From: Pyrinomonadaceae bacterium
GTDB taxonomy: Bacteria; Acidobacteriota; Blastocatellia; Pyrinomonadales; Pyrinomonadaceae
Direction: 5' to 3'
NCBI GenBank assembly: GCA_036009285.1
Contig: DASYMB010000235.1
Span: 1 to 29,575 of the forward strand
Length of the DNA stretch: 29,575 nucleotides
Below the pieces are notes generated by a model. It had not been told where the DNA came from, did no database searches, and worked only from the letters and a program-made list of their open reading frames with translations. Both the position numbers and the translations under genes were made by a program. Shown here piece by piece: positions 25,460-29,575 of the stretch (position 1 is its first letter; every line of letters starts with the position of its first letter).

Positions 25460-26757
25460 TTCGGAATTCCTGCCGCCTCCCAGCCGTTTGGTTTCATCCC
25501 CAGGGAATAAAGCTTGCCGTTGAAGGCCCCGATATAGATGCGGCCGTCCAGGACCGCAGGCGTGGCGTTGATGTTTTCTCCGATTTTTAGTTCACCGAGT
25601 AGTTGGCCGTCTTTGGCCGACAGCATATAAATCCAACCAGTCTTATCTCCAAACACCAGCCGCCCGTCGATCACCGGCGCCGTACCCCAGACAGGTCCGC
25701 GCATCAGATGTTGCCAAACAACTTCCCCTTTAGCCGCGCTCAGGCAATACATGAATCCATTATTTGAGCCGATGTAAATCCGGTCCTTCAATACGATAGG
25801 GCTGGCCCAGAAGCCGCTGCGCTCTTTGTAGTTTTTGCTGAATCCGCCTTCAGCTTTGAACTTCCAAACCGGCTCGCCCGTTTGTTGCCGGAAACAATAA
25901 ACGTACCCATCCTCGGCGGCTGTGTAAACAAAACCGCCGGCCACTGCAGGTGTCGAGTCTGAATCCGCACCGATGCGAGCTTTCCAAATGGTGGAGCCGT
26001 CGTCCGGGTTGAGGCAGTAAAGATCGCCGTGTTCCGTGCCGATGTAAATTCGGTGGTCCACCATCGAGAAACTGCCCTCCATCGAGCCGAGCCACTCGGT
26101 CTTATAGATCAGCGAACCATCTGCCAAACTAAGACAATAAAAGAAACCATCTTCGCTGCCGAAGTAAACGCGTCCATCAACTACGGCGGAAGAACAATCG
26201 ACTTCAAACCCGGTCTTGTAATCCCAGACGAGCGTGCCATCCTGTTTATTCAGGCAATAGACGTGATGGTCCAACCCGCTGGCGATGATCCGATCGCCCG
26301 CGATTGTGGGTGTGGCTTTGAAACTATCTTTCGCTTTGTATTTCCAGATGAGACTGCCATCGTGAAGGTTGATGCAATACACGTTGCCGTCCGCCGAAGG
26401 AAAGTAAACCCGGTCGCCTTCAACCGACGGTTGACCGGGCCACGAGGTGCCACCCCACGGATCTTTGTGCAGGCTGCCACTGATAAGATCGGTTTCATAC
26501 TCCCAAACAATTTCGAGTGGACCGTCTTCCCATGGACCAGTGCCATAAAAATTGCGCTCGCGATTGCCCAGCCAGTTTGAAACACTGGCCGCGACGGGCG
26601 GCGCTTTTGCAGCGGCCTTTGGTTCCGCAATCGTTTCTTTTATGAGTTTGCCGGCGCAGGCGTTGAGAGATAGCAAAACCGGAAATAGAACGAGCAGCGA
26701 TGCCGGTCGGGTGAGAAAGCGGCGCAACCAGGCAGATTTCTTAACAGGAGAGTTCAT
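25456..26757 (-). CDS. PQQ-type (BamB-like) beta-propeller repeat lipoprotein
   Basis: Repeated SP/P.V..GRVY.GS.DG..YCL....G..IW units and lipobox-like LNA-C. Confidence 0.85.
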   Translation of the reverse strand: MNSPVKKSAWLRRFLTRPASLLVLFPVLLSLNACAGKLIKETIAEPKAAAKAPPVAASVSNWLGNRERNFYGTGPWEDGPLEIVWEYETDLISGSLHKDPWGGTSWPGQPSVEGDRVYFPSADGNVYCINLHDGSLIWKYKAKDSFKATPTIAGDRIIASGLDHHVYCLNKQDGTLVWDYKTGFEVDCSSAVVDGRVYFGSEDGFFYCLSLADGSLIYKTEWLGSMEGSFSMVDHRIYIGTEHGDLYCLNPDDGSTIWKARIGADSDSTPAVAGGFVYTAAEDGYVYCFRQQTGEPVWKFKAEGGFSKNYKERSGFWASPIVLKDRIYIGSNNGFMYCLSAAKGEVVWQHLMRGPVWGTAPVIDGRLVFGDKTGWIYMLSAKDGQLLGELKIGENINATPAVLDGRIYIGAFNGKLYSLGMKPNGWEAAGIPK

Positions 26758-26780
26758 GGGGGAAGAAGCGAATAATTACT

Positions 26781-26864
26781 TGTAAAGCAAACTGTTAGTT
26801 TGCGGTGATCCGGGGTCCGGGACTGAGTGGCAATTAAACTACGCAAACTAGCAGTTTGCGTTAC
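26781..26864. repeat. REP-like doublet, family C
   Basis: TGTAAAGCAAACTGTTAGTTTGCG ... CGCAAACTAGCAGTTTGCGTTAC, the same element as 11220-11290 in the opposite orientation. Confidence 0.85.
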
Positions 26865-26876
26865 TTGGAACCGAGC

Positions 26877-27755
26877 TTAGGGAGTTTCGCTCAACCAGTC
26901 ACCGCCATAAATTACTTCAGCTATGCCGGTGATGACAACCGCTTCATCGCCGCGCCACTTAATCGTGGCCCGCCCGCCCGGCATCAACACCGCTACCAGC
27001 CTTTCGGTTTCGCCTTTTATCATCGCTGCAACAGCCGCGGCACACGAGCAGGTCCCGGAGGCCTCGGTTTCCCCGACACCGCGTTCCCATATCCTCAACT
27101 CGATCGTGTCCCTATTCTCGACGCGCACGAAGACCACGTTTGTACGCTCTGGAAACTGCTTGTGATGTTCAATCGCCCGCCCGAGCCTGCGCCAGTCGAG
27201 CGCGTCGAAGTCGTCGACAAAGATGCAGCAATTTGGGTTTCCCATCTGCAAGGCGGTTACGGGAAACGACTCGCCATCAACCTCAAGTTGGTAGTCGACC
27301 ACTTTTCGGAGCGGCTCGCCAGTGATCATTGGTATCGAACCGGAATCAAACTTAGGTTGGCCCAGCTCCGAATCAAACACATACCGGCCTTTGCCATCGT
27401 GCTCCCGCAGCGTATATAGCTTGATTCCCGCGCGCGTGTTCAGCCGCAGCTCCTCGGCGCTCCAGAGTTGTTTGTAATAGAGATACGCGGCGGCGCATCT
27501 CGTGCCATTGCCTGAAAGCGAGGCTTCACTGCCGTCCGGATTGAAGATGCGAACCTGAAAATCAGCGTCCCGAACTTCGGAGGGACTAACGATGGCGATC
27601 CCGTCCGCGCCGGCGCCGTAGTGTCGATTGCAGATGCGCCGCGCGAATTCGCTAAGCTGAGCGGCAGAGACGACTTCGGCTAGCACGAGATCGCTCAGTT
27701 CAATAACGATATAGTCGTTGCCAAAACCGTGAAATTTGATGAACCGAGGAGGCAT
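26877..27755 (-). CDS. dapF: Diaminopimelate epimerase homolog with Ser at both catalytic Cys positions
   Basis: F.KFHG.GNDY, R.YG.GADG, RIFNPDGSEASLSGNGTRC, MGNPNC, FPERTNV and WERGVGETEASGT. Confidence 0.88.
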   Translation of the reverse strand: MPPRFIKFHGFGNDYIVIELSDLVLAEVVSAAQLSEFARRICNRHYGAGADGIAIVSPSEVRDADFQVRIFNPDGSEASLSGNGTRCAAAYLYYKQLWSAEELRLNTRAGIKLYTLREHDGKGRYVFDSELGQPKFDSGSIPMITGEPLRKVVDYQLEVDGESFPVTALQMGNPNCCIFVDDFDALDWRRLGRAIEHHKQFPERTNVVFVRVENRDTIELRIWERGVGETEASGTCSCAAAVAAMIKGETERLVAVLMPGGRATIKWRGDEAVVITGIAEVIYGGDWLSETP

Positions 27756-27766
27756 ATTTTTCGGCG

Positions 27767-27842
27767 GCAGCCCGACCGTTAGGAAGGGCTTGGTTCTTGG
27801 AACCCTGACGCGCCCGGGCCCTTGCTCACGCGCGGGCTTCCG
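27767..27842. repeat. REP-like doublet, family D variant
   Basis: GCAGCCCGACCGTTAGGAAGGGC ... GCCCTTGCTCACGCGCGGGCTTCCG. Confidence 0.7.
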
Positions 27843-28361
27843 TTAGCTCGCGCTACTCGAGGTGGCGAAGAGTTTTTTGAAATACTGCGTGAGCGCGGGC
27901 TCGACGCCGAGCAGTCGTTCATAAACTGTTAACTGGCCGCGATGATACATCTCATGGGCCACACCAGAGTTTAGAAAATCCAACTTTGAAACTTCCTTGC
28001 CATCGAAGCGCTGCATCGTGTCGCGCAGCCCGTCGCCGCAAGCGCGAATTGAAGCCTCGGAAGTTTCCATGCTGCTTCTGAGAAGCTCAAGCAAACCATT
28101 CTTGTCTGTAATCGCTTCCACCTCGGGAGCATATTCCGTGACGTGATCGGCGAACGACTGTCTCCTCAAGTTCGTTTCAGCGCGGCATGATTCACCCACC
28201 AGCATCTTCTGCGTTTGAACAATATGCTGCAGCAGTTCCGTGATGCTGCGCGTTTCAGGCGCAGCACGAAACGAGAACCGATCTTCCGGAACCTGGGAAG
28301 CCTCCTTGATAAGTCCGGTCCTCACTTCATTCCAGCTTTCGATGAGATGTTCAATGGACAT
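27843..28361 (-). CDS. DinB/YfiT-like four-helix-bundle protein
   Basis: FSFRA.PE.RSI.ELLQHI and HEMYHRGQL.VY.RLLG..P. GGAG RBS before the ATG at 28361. Confidence 0.88.
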   Translation of the reverse strand: MSIEHLIESWNEVRTGLIKEASQVPEDRFSFRAAPETRSITELLQHIVQTQKMLVGESCRAETNLRRQSFADHVTEYAPEVEAITDKNGLLELLRSSMETSEASIRACGDGLRDTMQRFDGKEVSKLDFLNSGVAHEMYHRGQLTVYERLLGVEPALTQYFKKLFATSSSAS

Positions 28362-28383
28362 TACTCGCTCCTTCTGTGATTGC

Positions 28384-28455
28384 GTAAAGCAAACTGTTAG
28401 TTTGCGAAGGGTTCGTTGCCACTTAGTTGAGCCTTGCCTACGGAAGCAAACTATC
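28384..28455. repeat. Family C element with a degenerate second arm
   Basis: GTAAAGCAAACTGTTAGTTTGCG (28384-28406) and partial GCAAACTA (about 28446-28453). Confidence 0.7.
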
Positions 28456-28503
28456 AAACACCCCAGCCGGGCTGCCCGGCCGGGAAGCACCTTTGCTTTA
28501 TTA

Positions 28504-29574
28504 CTACGGCCTCCCGGCGAACGACGCCAGCAGCACCGCGATCGGATCGATACAGCTCGCGCGCACGTCCGCATCTTCAGGATAATTGTTGACCATGATC
28601 GAAAACGCCAGGTCTTCCCCCGCGGCGTCGCGGACGTAACCCGACAAGCTGGCCGCCGAACTCAGCGTCCCGGTCTTGGCCCGCAGATTATTTTCCGCGA
28701 GCGTGCCTTTGAAACGATTTCTGAGCGAGCCATCAACGCCGGCTATCGGCAATGCATCGCGAAAGGCCGACGCGTAACGATGTCGATGCATGTAAGTGAG
28801 CAACTGCAGGGTCGCCTCGGCCGTAACCATGTCGTTGCGCGAGAGGCCAGAGCCGTCACTCAGCACCAATGAATTTGGACTGAGTCCCGCCTCTTTGAGA
28901 AAGCTCTTCACAACTTCACGCCCAACCGCTTCGCTGGTGCGACTGGTCGTCGTTGACGCTTCTCGTGGAATCGTCGTTCCCAACGTTCGTAGCATTAGTT
29001 CGGTGTAAAGGTTCTGGCTCGGCTTAAGTGTTTGCGCCGCAATCAGGGCGAGCGGCGGCGACTGAAAACTCACCAGCTCAACGAGGGTCGGACCTGCGGA
29101 TGTTGTAGACATCAGCCCGGGAACGCCTTTGGGGATAATGCTCTCGCCCGTCTGTGCATCGACGGTTCGCGACTTGCCGGTTACCGTCACACCCTTGCGG
29201 GCCAATGCATCACGCAACAGATAAACAAACAACTGCGCCGGGTCTGTGATGCCAACTCCGGCAGTGTAGCCTCTGTCGTCGAGCGCAATGCTGCCGCTGA
29301 TGGTCATCGTATTCTGACCAAGATCTCGATACACACTCAGATCACGCCGGCTACCTTTTGCACTAGTAGTCACGCGATTGGAAATCCTCAGCAGCGGATC
29401 CGGAGGCCCGGTAGTAATCACCGCAGGTTTGCCGACTTCAGGCGCGGGCTTCACCGACAGGTCGAGCGCATTATCATTCACTGTTAAGGCGCTTACTTCC
29501 GCGCCGAACCACCATTGAAGGTCTTCCCATTCCCAACCCGAACCGTAACGCGGGCCGGTGAAATAACTTTCATC
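28504..29574 (-). CDS. dacB: D-alanyl-D-alanine carboxypeptidase/endopeptidase (PBP4, peptidase S13), 5' part outside the window
   Basis: GSGWEWED, SQN (SxN motif), DGSGLSR.D, LPIAGVDGSL..R and KTGTL (KTG motif). The frame is open to the window edge. Confidence 0.93.
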   Translation of the reverse strand, partial: DESYFTGPRYGSGWEWEDLQWWFGAEVSALTVNDNALDLSVKPAPEVGKPAVITTGPPDPLLRISNRVTTSAKGSRRDLSVYRDLGQNTMTISGSIALDDRGYTAGVGITDPAQLFVYLLRDALARKGVTVTGKSRTVDAQTGESIIPKGVPGLMSTTSAGPTLVELVSFQSPPLALIAAQTLKPSQNLYTELMLRTLGTTIPREASTTTSRTSEAVGREVVKSFLKEAGLSPNSLVLSDGSGLSRNDMVTAEATLQLLTYMHRHRYASAFRDALPIAGVDGSLRNRFKGTLAENNLRAKTGTLSSAASLSGYVRDAAGEDLAFSIMVNNYPEDADVRASCIDPIAVLLASFAGRP

Positions 29575-29575
29575 T

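Noticed and set aside
1-28455. CRISPR array interpretation of the repeated palindromes
   Set aside because: The copies are scattered inverted doublets, not regularly spaced direct repeats with unique spacers, and there are no cas genes.

Overview
The window holds about 25 protein genes. Its gene families and repeat types suggest an Acidobacteriota (Blastocatellia-like) chromosome; this is inference, not a database result. From left to right: a secreted M16 peptidase pair; a divergent M1-fold/TPR protein that has lost all three zinc ligands; an ECF sigma factor coupled to a probable anti-sigma/VOC fusion; and a DUF445 protein. The centre is a sulfur/chalcogen redox cluster made of an MBL-rhodanese fusion, a DMSO-reductase-family molybdoenzyme with no Tat leader, and an FeS-NrfD/PsrC fusion. 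Two toxin-antitoxin modules are wedged into this cluster. Divergent from it is a rhodanese lipoprotein that appears to be a selenoprotein: it has an in-frame UGA in a C-x-U motif, a SECIS-like hairpin, and a downstream frame that completes the domain. Further right are a PH-domain protein, an exported membrane-anchored protein, a candidate sigma54-driven sRNA of about 275 nt, a class-V aminotransferase, an asparaginase II, a 3D-domain protein, a GATase, a PQQ-type propeller lipoprotein, a DapF with both catalytic Cys replaced by Ser, a DinB protein and a partial dacB. At least five families of REP-like palindromes fill the intergenic spaces. A stack of repeat-like DNA also appears to be translated as a 75-aa insertion inside the molybdoenzyme. 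All calls come from reading motifs by eye; no searches were run.
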